From Clostridiaceae bacterium (GTDB lineage Bacteria; Bacillota; Clostridia; Oscillospirales; Acutalibacteraceae), in assembly GCA_904501675.1 (NCBI GenBank), contig CAJGCL010000001.1, positions 6,528 through 70,527 on the forward strand: a stretch of 64,000 nucleotides of DNA, written 5' to 3'. The position numbers and the translations under genes are program-made. How positions within the stretch are numbered: the stretch's first letter is position 1; each line of letters begins with the position of its first letter. Under the pieces are notes generated by a model. It worked only from the letters and a program-made list of their open reading frames with translations, searched no databases and was not told the origin of the DNA. This document shows positions 48,174-56,614 of this stretch, piece after piece.

Positions 48174-49427
48174 TTAAAGCCTTACGTCAACTGTATAGGC
48201 ACCGTAAACCCAACATGTAGCACTCTTAACAGAAACCTCAGCCGGAATTGTTTTCCGTACACCATCTTCGAGTGTTGCTGAAGATAAATCAACCACAACG
48301 GTAATCATTTCTTCTGTAATAGCCTTTAAATCTTCCTCAGTACCAACTATGACAATAGACTTGTTGAGCTCAGAAATTTTATAATCAAGATTATCAGGAT
48401 TATTTACTTTAATCTTTTCAACAGGAATTTTCATATACTCCTGTGTATATCCGTCAAGATTAACACTAACTGTAAATACATCTACCTTTTCATCAACAAT
48501 TGTAGTATTTTGAGCATCAAAAGTAAATGTATTGCTTGTTGGAGAAAGCTCCTTAAAATTTATTGAACCAACAACATACTCTGTTGTTTTCTCATAATCA
48601 TCAACAAGAACGTTGAAATCAGCTTTATTAGGGGTAATTGAATATTTCAATGGATTAAGAAGAAGACTGTCGGGTGCATTTTTAAAGGTAACTGACGTGT
48701 TAAGACTCTTAACCCTGAGAATTGGTATTGTAACAACAACATCTTCAACATTCATTGAAAGGAATTCAAAATCGCTTTTATTTTCATCGTCAAAGGGAAC
48801 AATCTTTGTTTCAAAAGATTTATTTGAGGTGAGTGCTTTATCAAGTTTAACCTCGGCAACAATTTTTTCAATTCTGTTAACCTGAGTTGATGGTCCTGTA
48901 ACTGTTACAGATGTATCTGAAAGACTAATTTCTCCGCAAGAAAAGCCATCTTCGGCAATTTGAAACCCATCTGTAATAATCTGTGGTTCAATAACAAAAC
49001 TCGACGTCTTCTCTGTATCAAAATAAACTCTAATGGTTTTGGATGAGATATTTGAAATTGTATACGACGCATTATCTGAATCCTGCTCGGGTTTAAGTTG
49101 AAGAGTATATACACCTGCAGAATCGACAGCAGTAGTCTGAGCCACAACAGAAATATCTTCTTTTGAAAGATTACTTTCTGATATCTGATACTTTTTACCT
49201 TTAACCGTTACATCTACAGTAAATTCATCTTCGCCGAAAACATGAAGACCGAACTGTGAAGGCACAGCGTCATCAATAGTAACTTTAACACCTTTTATTA
49301 CTCTTGTTGTCGGAGAACTTACTGATACTACAACAACAAGCCATATTGCAAGAGCGATAATAAAAGAACAAAACAAAGTAAACTTGTCATTTTGAAAAAG
49401 GGAATCAAAAGATTTTTTATTTTTCAT
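48174..49427 (-). CDS. cdaR: YbbR domain-containing protein, CdaA regulator
   Basis: N-terminal TM followed by a repetitive beta-rich YbbR-like region. 11-nt overlap with the cdaA 3' end. Confidence 0.85.
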   Translation of the reverse strand: MKNKKSFDSLFQNDKFTLFCSFIIALAIWLVVVVSVSSPTTRVIKGVKVTIDDAVPSQFGLHVFGEDEFTVDVTVKGKKYQISESNLSKEDISVVAQTTAVDSAGVYTLQLKPEQDSDNASYTISNISSKTIRVYFDTEKTSSFVIEPQIITDGFQIAEDGFSCGEISLSDTSVTVTGPSTQVNRIEKIVAEVKLDKALTSNKSFETKIVPFDDENKSDFEFLSMNVEDVVVTIPILRVKSLNTSVTFKNAPDSLLLNPLKYSITPNKADFNVLVDDYEKTTEYVVGSINFKELSPTSNTFTFDAQNTTIVDEKVDVFTVSVNLDGYTQEYMKIPVEKIKVNNPDNLDYKISELNKSIVIVGTEEDLKAITEEMITVVVDLSSATLEDGVRKTIPAEVSVKSATCWVYGAYTVDVRL

Positions 49428-50313
49428 TTTTCTTCCCTCCTACCTTATTCATAAGCTTAACAAAAAACTTTTTGTTTGCTTGCTGTTCTGCATCATTCTC
49501 TTTGACAATAAATTCGTCAAGAAGAATTTCACGAAGTTCGCCGTTTGTAACATCACGGCTCAAAACACCATTTCTAACAACTGAAACTGTACCTGTTTCT
49601 TCAGATATAACTACTACAACCGCATCGCTCTGCTCGCTCATACCGATAGCAGCTCTATGGCGTGTTCCTAATTCGCTTGCAAGACCGGTATTCTGAGTAA
49701 GAGGTAAAATACAACCTGCAGAATATATTCTTCCATCTTTAACAACAACGGCACCATCGTGAAGCGCGGAGTTTTTAAAGAAAATACCATTAAACAACTC
49801 AGCAGATGCTCTGGCATCAAGAATTGTTCCTGTGTTTGATATTTCTTTCAACGAAGCCTCTTTTTCAAACACAACAAGAGCTCCTGTTTTACTTTCGCTC
49901 ATATCAGAAGAAGCCTTACAGAAACTATTAATTGTTTCTGTAACTGTTTTTTCATAATCAACACCGCTACTAAAATTCAAAAACGATATATTCTTTATAG
50001 ACTGCCTACCGAAACGTTCAAGAATTTTACGAAGTTCAGGCGCAAAAAGAACAACAAGAATTATAAGACCATTTTCAAAAAGCACAGAGAAAAGATACTC
50101 GCTTGCTTCCATATTCAAAAGCTTAACAATAGCAAATAACAGGGCAAGCAAACCTATTCCCTTTATAAGCTGAAAGGTGCGTGAACCTCTCACCAATTTA
50201 ATTAACTCATAAATAACTAGAGTAACAAGAATTATATCTAAAAGATCTGAAGTGAAATTAAAACTTGATAACGCACCGATAACCTTATCTAAAAAGCCTA
50301 AAAGTCTGTCCAA
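49417..50313 (-). CDS. cdaA: diadenylate cyclase
   Basis: Three N-terminal TM segments. DAC domain motifs LHDGAVVV and GTRHRAA. TTG start 50311-50313 after GGAGGAG. Confidence 0.93.
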   Translation of the reverse strand: MDRLLGFLDKVIGALSSFNFTSDLLDIILVTLVIYELIKLVRGSRTFQLIKGIGLLALLFAIVKLLNMEASEYLFSVLFENGLIILVVLFAPELRKILERFGRQSIKNISFLNFSSGVDYEKTVTETINSFCKASSDMSESKTGALVVFEKEASLKEISNTGTILDARASAELFNGIFFKNSALHDGAVVVKDGRIYSAGCILPLTQNTGLASELGTRHRAAIGMSEQSDAVVVVISEETGTVSVVRNGVLSRDVTNGELREILLDEFIVKENDAEQQANKKFFVKLMNKVGGKKNEK

Positions 50314-50374
50314 TTTAGCCTCTCCTCCGTATTATTTTATCGCCAAAAAACATTTTATCCCAATATATAGGGTA

Positions 50375-50403
50375 ATTATATCATATATACTTTTAAAATG
50401 CAA
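50375..50403 (-). promoter_or_regulatory. putative promoter of cdaA
   Basis: Minus strand TTGCAT (50398-50403), 17 nt, TATAAT (50375-50380) with TGa extended -10. Confidence 0.5.
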
Positions 50404-51529
50404 TTTTTTCAATTAAATTTAACAGAATATTTATATCTTTTTTTGTGTTATGGATAGAAGGCGAAATTCTAACTGTTCCCGTTTGTTTTGTGCCCATAAA
50501 ACTATGGGCAAGAGGAGCACAATGAAAGCCACCTCTCACAGCTATCCCCCCCTCATTCAAAAGCATTGTTGTTTGCTCGCTATGAAGCCCTTCAACATTA
50601 AAACTAATTAACGGAGCCCTTTTTTCTTCGTTAAATACTTCCGAATACAGCTTTATATTTTTTATTGATTTAAGTCCGTAAAAAATCTCTTTTGTTAATA
50701 GGGTTTCTGCGTTGAGAATTTTTTTCAAGCCATAACTTTTTACCCACTCCACACCTGCATGCATACCCATTATCCCTGCAACATTCAGCGTGCCGCTCTC
50801 GAGTCTTTCAGGATAACTTTCAGGCTGTTTTAACATAAGGGACTCTGTACCAGTGCCACCCTCCACAAGTGTTTCAAAGGATAAGCCTTTATGAATAATT
50901 GCACCGGTACCAACAGGTCCATACAACCCTTTATGTCCGGGTATACACAGGCAGTCTATACCCTGCATCTTCATATCAATTGATATTACCCCTGCCCCCT
51001 GTGCTCCATCGACAAAAAACAATGCACCATAGTTGTGAGCAATTTGAGATAATTTCCTTATTGGAAGAATATTTCCGAACACATTTGACACTGACGTTAC
51101 AACACATAATTTTGTATTATTTCTAAAAGCATTTTTAAAACTATTCAAGGTTTTTTCTTCGTCCTCAAAAACTTGAAAAACAGAGTAATCAACTAATCCT
51201 TTTTGTTTTAATTTATATAAAGGCCTCAAAACAGAATTATGTTCAAATGTTGAGATAACTACATGATCACCTTTTTTTAAGATCCCTTTTATTGCCGTAT
51301 TAAGAGCCTGGGTACAGTTTAAAGTAAAACTAACATATTCGCTACCATATCCATTAAAAAAATCATTTATTCTCTCGCGGGCTTCAAATATTTTTTCGGC
51401 CGTTTTCACCGACAAATCGTGCCCGCTTCTGCCGGGATTCGCGGAATAAAAAGTAAGCGCATCTGCAACGGCATTTTTAACCTCTTGAGGCTTATAAAAG
51501 GTTGTTGCGGCATTATCTAAATAAATCAC
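50393..51529 (-). CDS. class V aminotransferase-fold cysteine desulfurase family protein
   Basis: YLDNAATT N-terminus, PLP lysine in PGHKGLYGP, catalytic Cys in GGFHCAPL. Confidence 0.85.
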   Translation of the reverse strand: MIYLDNAATTFYKPQEVKNAVADALTFYSANPGRSGHDLSVKTAEKIFEARERINDFFNGYGSEYVSFTLNCTQALNTAIKGILKKGDHVVISTFEHNSVLRPLYKLKQKGLVDYSVFQVFEDEEKTLNSFKNAFRNNTKLCVVTSVSNVFGNILPIRKLSQIAHNYGALFFVDGAQGAGVISIDMKMQGIDCLCIPGHKGLYGPVGTGAIIHKGLSFETLVEGGTGTESLMLKQPESYPERLESGTLNVAGIMGMHAGVEWVKSYGLKKILNAETLLTKEIFYGLKSIKNIKLYSEVFNEEKRAPLISFNVEGLHSEQTTMLLNEGGIAVRGGFHCAPLAHSFMGTKQTGTVRISPSIHNTKKDINILLNLIEKIAF

Positions 51530-51756
51530 AAAAAATCCCCCAATTCAACGGTGCCTTTGATGTCGATATTATTTCTTTTGAGTAAATCAAAGCATCGTTT
51601 ATCCAAATTCATAACATAAATAACATACCCGCAGCCCTCATCTTCAGAAGGATGGGGATTGCGGGTCAGATAAGCTTTATAGCCATTTTTCTGCAATAGA
51701 TCCCGTGCTTTCATAGCATACGTTACGGAACCTACCTTAATACCTTTTTTGCTCAT
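51526..51756 (-). CDS. DUF3343 domain-containing protein (putative S/Se carrier)
   Basis: 76 aa with a single conserved Cys (EDEGCGY). 4-nt overlap with the downstream desulfurase gene. Family from memory. Confidence 0.7.
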   Translation of the reverse strand: MSKKGIKVGSVTYAMKARDLLQKNGYKAYLTRNPHPSEDEGCGYVIYVMNLDKRCFDLLKRNNIDIKGTVELGDFL

Positions 51757-51818
51757 AAAAAAGACCCTTCCGTATTATGTGTGCAGTTACTGCACCTTGT
51801 ACATAATATGCAAGGGTC
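51757..51818 (-). terminator. long imperfect hairpin plus U6 between ispF and the DUF3343 gene; 3' arm contains the DUF3343 SD
   Basis: Arms gacccttccgtattatgtgtgcag / ctgcaccttgtacataatatgcaagggtc (about 21 paired positions with mismatches and a 5-nt bulge, loop tta). On the minus strand it is followed by TTTTTT and then immediately by ATG 51756. Confidence 0.5.
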
Positions 51819-51828
51819 GTTAATATGT

Positions 51829-52302
51829 TTACTTTTCAATAAGGCAAACGCAATGGGCTGAAATACCTTCTTTTCTGCCTGTAAAACCAAGCTTTTCTTC
51901 TGTTGTTGCTTTAACATTAACGCAATCAACATCAACCTGTAAAGCACCAGCAATGTTCTGGCGCATTTGCTGAATATGTGGAGCTATTTTTGGTGCCTGA
52001 GCAATTATTGTTGCGTCAATATTATTGACTTTATAGCCTTTTGAATGGATTAAATCAACAACACTTCCCAATAAAATCAAGCTATCTGCACCTTTGAAAG
52101 CAGGGTCAGTATCCGGAAAATGTTTACCTATATCGCCTAACGCTGCCGCACCTAAAAGGCTATCGGATATAGCGTGAAGGAGAACATCAGCATCAGAATG
52201 ACCTAAAAGGCCTTTTTCATAGGGTATTTCTACCCCACCAATAATGCATTTTCTGTTTTCTGAAAAAGCGTGAACATCGTAGCCGTGGCCGATACGAAGC
52301 AT
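51829..52302 (-). CDS. ispF: 2-C-methyl-D-erythritol 2,4-cyclodiphosphate synthase
   Basis: RIGHGYDVH and [11 protein letters not shown] zinc-binding motifs. Confidence 0.96.
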   Translation of the reverse strand: MLRIGHGYDVHAFSENRKCIIGGVEIPYEKGLLGHSDADVLLHAISDSLLGAAALGDIGKHFPDTDPAFKGADSLILLGSVVDLIHSKGYKVNNIDATIIAQAPKIAPHIQQMRQNIAGALQVDVDCVNVKATTEEKLGFTGRKEGISAHCVCLIEK

Positions 52303-52311
52303 AAAATCACC

Positions 52312-53577
52312 TTATTTCACAAGATTTTCAAGGCAAGCAAGTCTTACAGAAGTTGTAAGCACTTTAACTGCCTGAGAAAGCACAGCAGGTGTTGGGAAAG
52401 TTGGAGCAATACGAATGTTGCTATCTGTTGGGTCTTTGCCATATGGGAATGTTGCACCAACATTAGTAAGAGTTACGCCTGCTTCTTTACAGAGAACGCC
52501 TACTCTTGAAGCACTGCCACCTGTAACATCAAGGCTTATAAAGTAACCGCCGTTTGGCTCATTCCACTCTGCAATACCAAGGCCTGCAAGGTCTGAATTA
52601 AGAGTTTTAATAACAGCATCAAACTTAGGCTTAAGAATTTTTGCATGAAGCTTCATATGAGCCTTAATGCCATCAAGATTCTTGAAAAATCTTACATGGC
52701 GGAGCATATTAACTTTATCATATGAGATAGACTGAATAGTAAGTCTCTTAAGAATTTCTTTAATATTTTCAACAGATGATGCAAGACATGCCACACCTGC
52801 ACCAGGATACGAAATTTTTGATGTGGATGCAACCTCAACAACCATATTTTTGTTCTTTTCAGGGAGAACATCAAAGATATTAAGAAGCTCATCTGTTGTA
52901 TCTGTAAGGTCATGAACACAATAAGCGTTATCCCAGATTATACGGAAATCCGCGGGAACATCAAGATTCGCAATACGCTTAACTGTATCTGCAGAGAATG
53001 TAATACCCTGAGGATTTGAATATTTAGGCACGCAGAACATACCCTTAACAGCCTTATCTTTAAGTGCTTCTTCAATAGCATCCATATCAGGACCTTCAGA
53101 AGTCATAGGAATATTTATCATTTCAATGCCAAAGAACTGGCAGATTGCAAAGTGTCTGTCATAACCAGGAACAGGGCAAAGAAATTTAACTGTACCCTGC
53201 TTTGACCAAGGCTCAAAGCCTGCGCCATTATACATACACTGAGAAACATAATCAAACATCATTGAAAGGCTTGAGTTACCGCCTACAATAATATTTTCAG
53301 GCTTAACCTCAAGAAGATCTGCAAACATTTTCTTAGCCTCAGGAATACCATCGAGAATACCGTAGTTACGAACATCGAGGCCGTTTTCACATTTAAAATT
53401 ACCATCATCAAGAACAGAAAGCATTCCGTCTGATATATCAAGCTGGTCAGCACCAGGCTTACCTCGGGACATATCAATAGAAAGGCCCTGAGCCTTAAGC
53501 TCACCATATTCTTTTTTTACGATTTCAAGCTCTGCCTGCAATTCTGCAGCAGACATTTCAAGATAAGATTTTTTCAT
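52312..53577 (-). CDS. PLP-dependent aminotransferase (class I/II fold, Asp-aminotransferase-like)
   Basis: About 420 aa aminotransferase-like sequence with SRGKPGADQLD near the N-terminus. Start trimmed to MKKSYLEMS (ATG 53575-53577). Near-consensus promoter upstream. Confidence 0.8.
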   Translation of the reverse strand: MKKSYLEMSAAELQAELEIVKKEYGELKAQGLSIDMSRGKPGADQLDISDGMLSVLDDGNFKCENGLDVRNYGILDGIPEAKKMFADLLEVKPENIIVGGNSSLSMMFDYVSQCMYNGAGFEPWSKQGTVKFLCPVPGYDRHFAICQFFGIEMINIPMTSEGPDMDAIEEALKDKAVKGMFCVPKYSNPQGITFSADTVKRIANLDVPADFRIIWDNAYCVHDLTDTTDELLNIFDVLPEKNKNMVVEVASTSKISYPGAGVACLASSVENIKEILKRLTIQSISYDKVNMLRHVRFFKNLDGIKAHMKLHAKILKPKFDAVIKTLNSDLAGLGIAEWNEPNGGYFISLDVTGGSASRVGVLCKEAGVTLTNVGATFPYGKDPTDSNIRIAPTFPTPAVLSQAVKVLTTSVRLACLENLVK

Positions 53578-53617
53578 AGAAAACTCCAAAAATAGTTTAT
53601 TTATAAATATCTTTAGA

Positions 53618-53646
53618 ATTATACCAAAACAATTACAATTTGTAAA
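53618..53646 (-). promoter_or_regulatory. SigA-type promoter of the aminotransferase-ispF unit
   Basis: Minus strand TTTACA (53641-53646), 17 nt, TATAAT (53618-53623) with TGg extended -10. Confidence 0.55.
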
Positions 53647-53756
53647 CAAAAATTTATTACGTGATAAATTAACCCTAAAAATGACTTAATGTTATTGTAT
53701 AATAAGAAAAAAAGTTGTATAATAATCACCTACATTGTTGGCGGGAGATGAAAATA

Positions 53757-54965
53757 GTGAAAAAAAGGCTTGCTGTTATAGGCGGCGGTGCTTCAGGCAC
53801 AGTTGCTGCCATTGAAGCAAAACGAGAATTTCCTCAGGCAGAGGTTGTAATTTTCGAAAAAAAGCCTATGGCCTGCAAGAAAATTCTTGTTACAGGCAAT
53901 GGCCGATGCAACTTCACAAACGAAGACCTTGCTCCACGTCATTTTTATGGTGAAAGTAAATTTCTCAAAAAGGTTCTCACCTCAGTTTATGCAGATACAG
54001 AAAACTATTTCCGTTCACTTGGTATCCTCTCATATCACGAAGACGGTAGAATTTATCCACGCTCACAACAAAGCTCTGCAATGCGCGAGGCTTTAATAAA
54101 TAAAACTGAAACTTTAGGAATTACAATAAAAACCGAAACTCCTGTTTCTTCCTTAAAGAAAACAAAAACAGGGTATTCTGTTAATGGAGAAAGCTTTGAT
54201 GCTGTTATTATGGCAGGCGGTGGAAAAGCCGCTGCTGTACAGGGTTCTGATGGTTCCTGCATACCACTAGTTAAGGTAATGAATCACACTTTCACTCCCC
54301 TTTACCCTGCTTTATGCGGTCTTGTTACCTCAGACAAAGATATAATCAATCTTAAAGGGGTACGCACGGAAGCTACTGCAGAACTGTTTTCGGGAAACAA
54401 ACTTCTCGGCTCAGAATCAGGTGAAATACAATTCACGGAAAAGGCTGTTTCAGGAATTCCTGTTATGAATCTTTCTCACCTTTGCCGTAATAACAAAAAC
54501 CTTAACATTTCCCTTGATTTATGTCCTGAAATCACTGAAACCGAATTAACAGAACATCTTTCAGATATGTGTAGAAATGCACCTGAAATGCAAACCGAAA
54601 TTGCTTTGGGTGGTATTGTTAATATCAAATTAGGATACATCGTTTTAAACAGGGCTAAAATCAAAAAGCACGCAATATTAAAAGAACTTCATAGTAACGA
54701 TATAAGAAATATTGTTGCTGTTTTAAAAAGCTTCAGAATCGTTATAAGCGGTACAAAAAGCTTTGATAGCGCACAAATCACTTGCGGCGGAATCAACACT
54801 CAAGAAATACACCCAGAAAATATGATGTCAAAAATTAACGATGGCTTATTTTTCTGCGGTGAAATAATTGATATACACGGAGATTGCGGTGGCTATAACT
54901 TACACCTTGCTTGGACTACAGGCAGAATTGCAGGAAGCTCTGCCGCAGCATATTTAAAAGGATAA
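53757..54965 (+). CDS. NAD(P)/FAD-dependent oxidoreductase, HI0933/BaiN family
   Basis: Dinucleotide fold VIGGGASGTVAA and C-terminal GGYNL motif. GTG 53757 lies 9 nt after GGGAG. In-frame ATG 53748 directly abuts the SD and is an alternative. Confidence 0.85.
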   Translation: MKKRLAVIGGGASGTVAAIEAKREFPQAEVVIFEKKPMACKKILVTGNGRCNFTNEDLAPRHFYGESKFLKKVLTSVYADTENYFRSLGILSYHEDGRIYPRSQQSSAMREALINKTETLGITIKTETPVSSLKKTKTGYSVNGESFDAVIMAGGGKAAAVQGSDGSCIPLVKVMNHTFTPLYPALCGLVTSDKDIINLKGVRTEATAELFSGNKLLGSESGEIQFTEKAVSGIPVMNLSHLCRNNKNLNISLDLCPEITETELTEHLSDMCRNAPEMQTEIALGGIVNIKLGYIVLNRAKIKKHAILKELHSNDIRNIVAVLKSFRIVISGTKSFDSAQITCGGINTQEIHPENMMSKINDGLFFCGEIIDIHGDCGGYNLHLAWTTGRIAGSSAAAYLKG

Positions 54966-54968
54966 TTT

Positions 54969-56567
54969 ATGATTAGATTAAATGAACTAAAAATGCCTTT
55001 GGGCGCTACAGAACAAGAAGTAAAATCTGCCACTGCAAAGGCTTTGAAGATAAAAGAAGAAAATATAAAAGACTTTTCTCTAGCTCGACGTTCAATTGAT
55101 TCGCGAAAAAAAGATAATATTATTCTTGTTTATTCCGTTGAAATTGAAACTGACCTTGACGAAGATAAAGTTCTTGCAGGTTTTTTACCCAACAAGGCAT
55201 TTAAAACGCAGCGTTACGCTTATGAAATGCCTGAGGTAAAGCGTGATTTCAAATTACGACCTGTAGTTGTTGGCTTTGGTCCTGCCGGAATGTTTGCGGC
55301 TTTAACGCTTGCAAAAGCAGGTCTTTGCCCTATTGTTCTTGAACGCGGTGGCGCAGTTGATGAAAGAACAAGAGATGTAGAAATATTCTGGACACAAAGA
55401 AAGTTAAACACAAATTCCAACGTTCAGTTTGGTGAAGGCGGCGCAGGAACATTCTCTGACGGCAAATTGACAACAGGCATAAAAGACCCTCGCTGCAGAG
55501 AGGTTTTCTTAAGATTTGCTGAGTTTGGTGCACCTGCGGAAATTCTTTATTCCGCTACCCCTCACATTGGTACAGACAAGCTAAAAACTGTTGTTAAAAA
55601 CCTTAGAGAAAAGGTTATTGAGCTTGGTGGAGAAGTTAAATTCAACACAAAGCTTATTGATATAATTACCGCAAACGGATTTGTTCAGGGTGTAACCTAT
55701 GAAAATCCGGACGGTACAACAAGCGACATCGAAACTGATGCACTCATACTTGCAATCGGTCATTCTGCAAGAGATACTTTTGAGTTAATACACAAAAAAG
55801 GTCTCGAAATAATGCAAAAGCCTTTTTCCGTCGGTACAAGAATTGAGCATCCGCAGGAGCATATCAACAAGGCTCAATATGGCAAATTATGGAATTCTCC
55901 CCTTTTGCCTGCTGCCGATTACAAATTAGCCTGCCACCCACCACACGGCAGAGGTATGTACACCTTCTGCATGTGCCCGGGCGGTACAGTTGTTGCAGCA
56001 TCCTCAGAAGATGGCGGTATGGTTGTTAACGGAATGAGCGAATACGCACGCGACAAGGAAAACGCAAACTGCGCTCTTCTTGTTGGTATTGAGCCACCTT
56101 TTGACACAGACCACCCATTAGCAGGAATGTATCTGCAAAGAGATATTGAACAGAAGGCTTTCCGTCTTGGCGGTGGAGATTACACTGCTCCTGCTCAGCT
56201 TTTAGGAGATTTTCTTAAAGGTAAAGCATCCACACAATTAGGTGCGGTTAATCCTTCTTGCCCTACAGGCGTTACACCAACAGACATTCGTCAGATTCTT
56301 CCTAAAAAGGTTACTGACACAATTGCAGGTGCGATTGCTGACTTTGATAAAAAGCTTAATGGTTTTAATTTATATGATGCGGTGCTTACTGCACCTGAAT
56401 CACGCAGTTCATCACCAATAAGAATTATACGTGATGAATTCTTCCAGGCAACAAGGCTCCGTGGTCTTTACCCATCTGGAGAAGGTGCAGGCTATGCCGG
56501 CGGAATTGTGTCTGCTGCAGTTGACGGAATACGCTGTGCAGAAGCAGTTCTCAACGGAGAATATTAA
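54969..56567 (+). CDS. FAD-dependent protein (COG2509-type uncharacterised dehydrogenase)
   Basis: Rossmann motif VVGFGPAGMFAA and GGAGTFSDGKL. 3 nt after the preceding gene. Confidence 0.8.
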   Translation: MIRLNELKMPLGATEQEVKSATAKALKIKEENIKDFSLARRSIDSRKKDNIILVYSVEIETDLDEDKVLAGFLPNKAFKTQRYAYEMPEVKRDFKLRPVVVGFGPAGMFAALTLAKAGLCPIVLERGGAVDERTRDVEIFWTQRKLNTNSNVQFGEGGAGTFSDGKLTTGIKDPRCREVFLRFAEFGAPAEILYSATPHIGTDKLKTVVKNLREKVIELGGEVKFNTKLIDIITANGFVQGVTYENPDGTTSDIETDALILAIGHSARDTFELIHKKGLEIMQKPFSVGTRIEHPQEHINKAQYGKLWNSPLLPAADYKLACHPPHGRGMYTFCMCPGGTVVAASSEDGGMVVNGMSEYARDKENANCALLVGIEPPFDTDHPLAGMYLQRDIEQKAFRLGGGDYTAPAQLLGDFLKGKASTQLGAVNPSCPTGVTPTDIRQILPKKVTDTIAGAIADFDKKLNGFNLYDAVLTAPESRSSSPIRIIRDEFFQATRLRGLYPSGEGAGYAGGIVSAAVDGIRCAEAVLNGEY

Positions 56568-56574
56568 GAATTAT

Positions 56575-56614
56575 AAATCACCTCTTGGAATATACTTCCT
56601 TGAGGTGATTTTTT
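56575..56614 (+). terminator. terminator-like hairpin after the FAD gene; 3' arm is the SD of the deacetylase gene
   Basis: aaatcacctc (56575-56584) pairs with gaggtgattt (56602-56611), followed by a T-run through 56614. The TTG start is at 56613. Confidence 0.5.
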
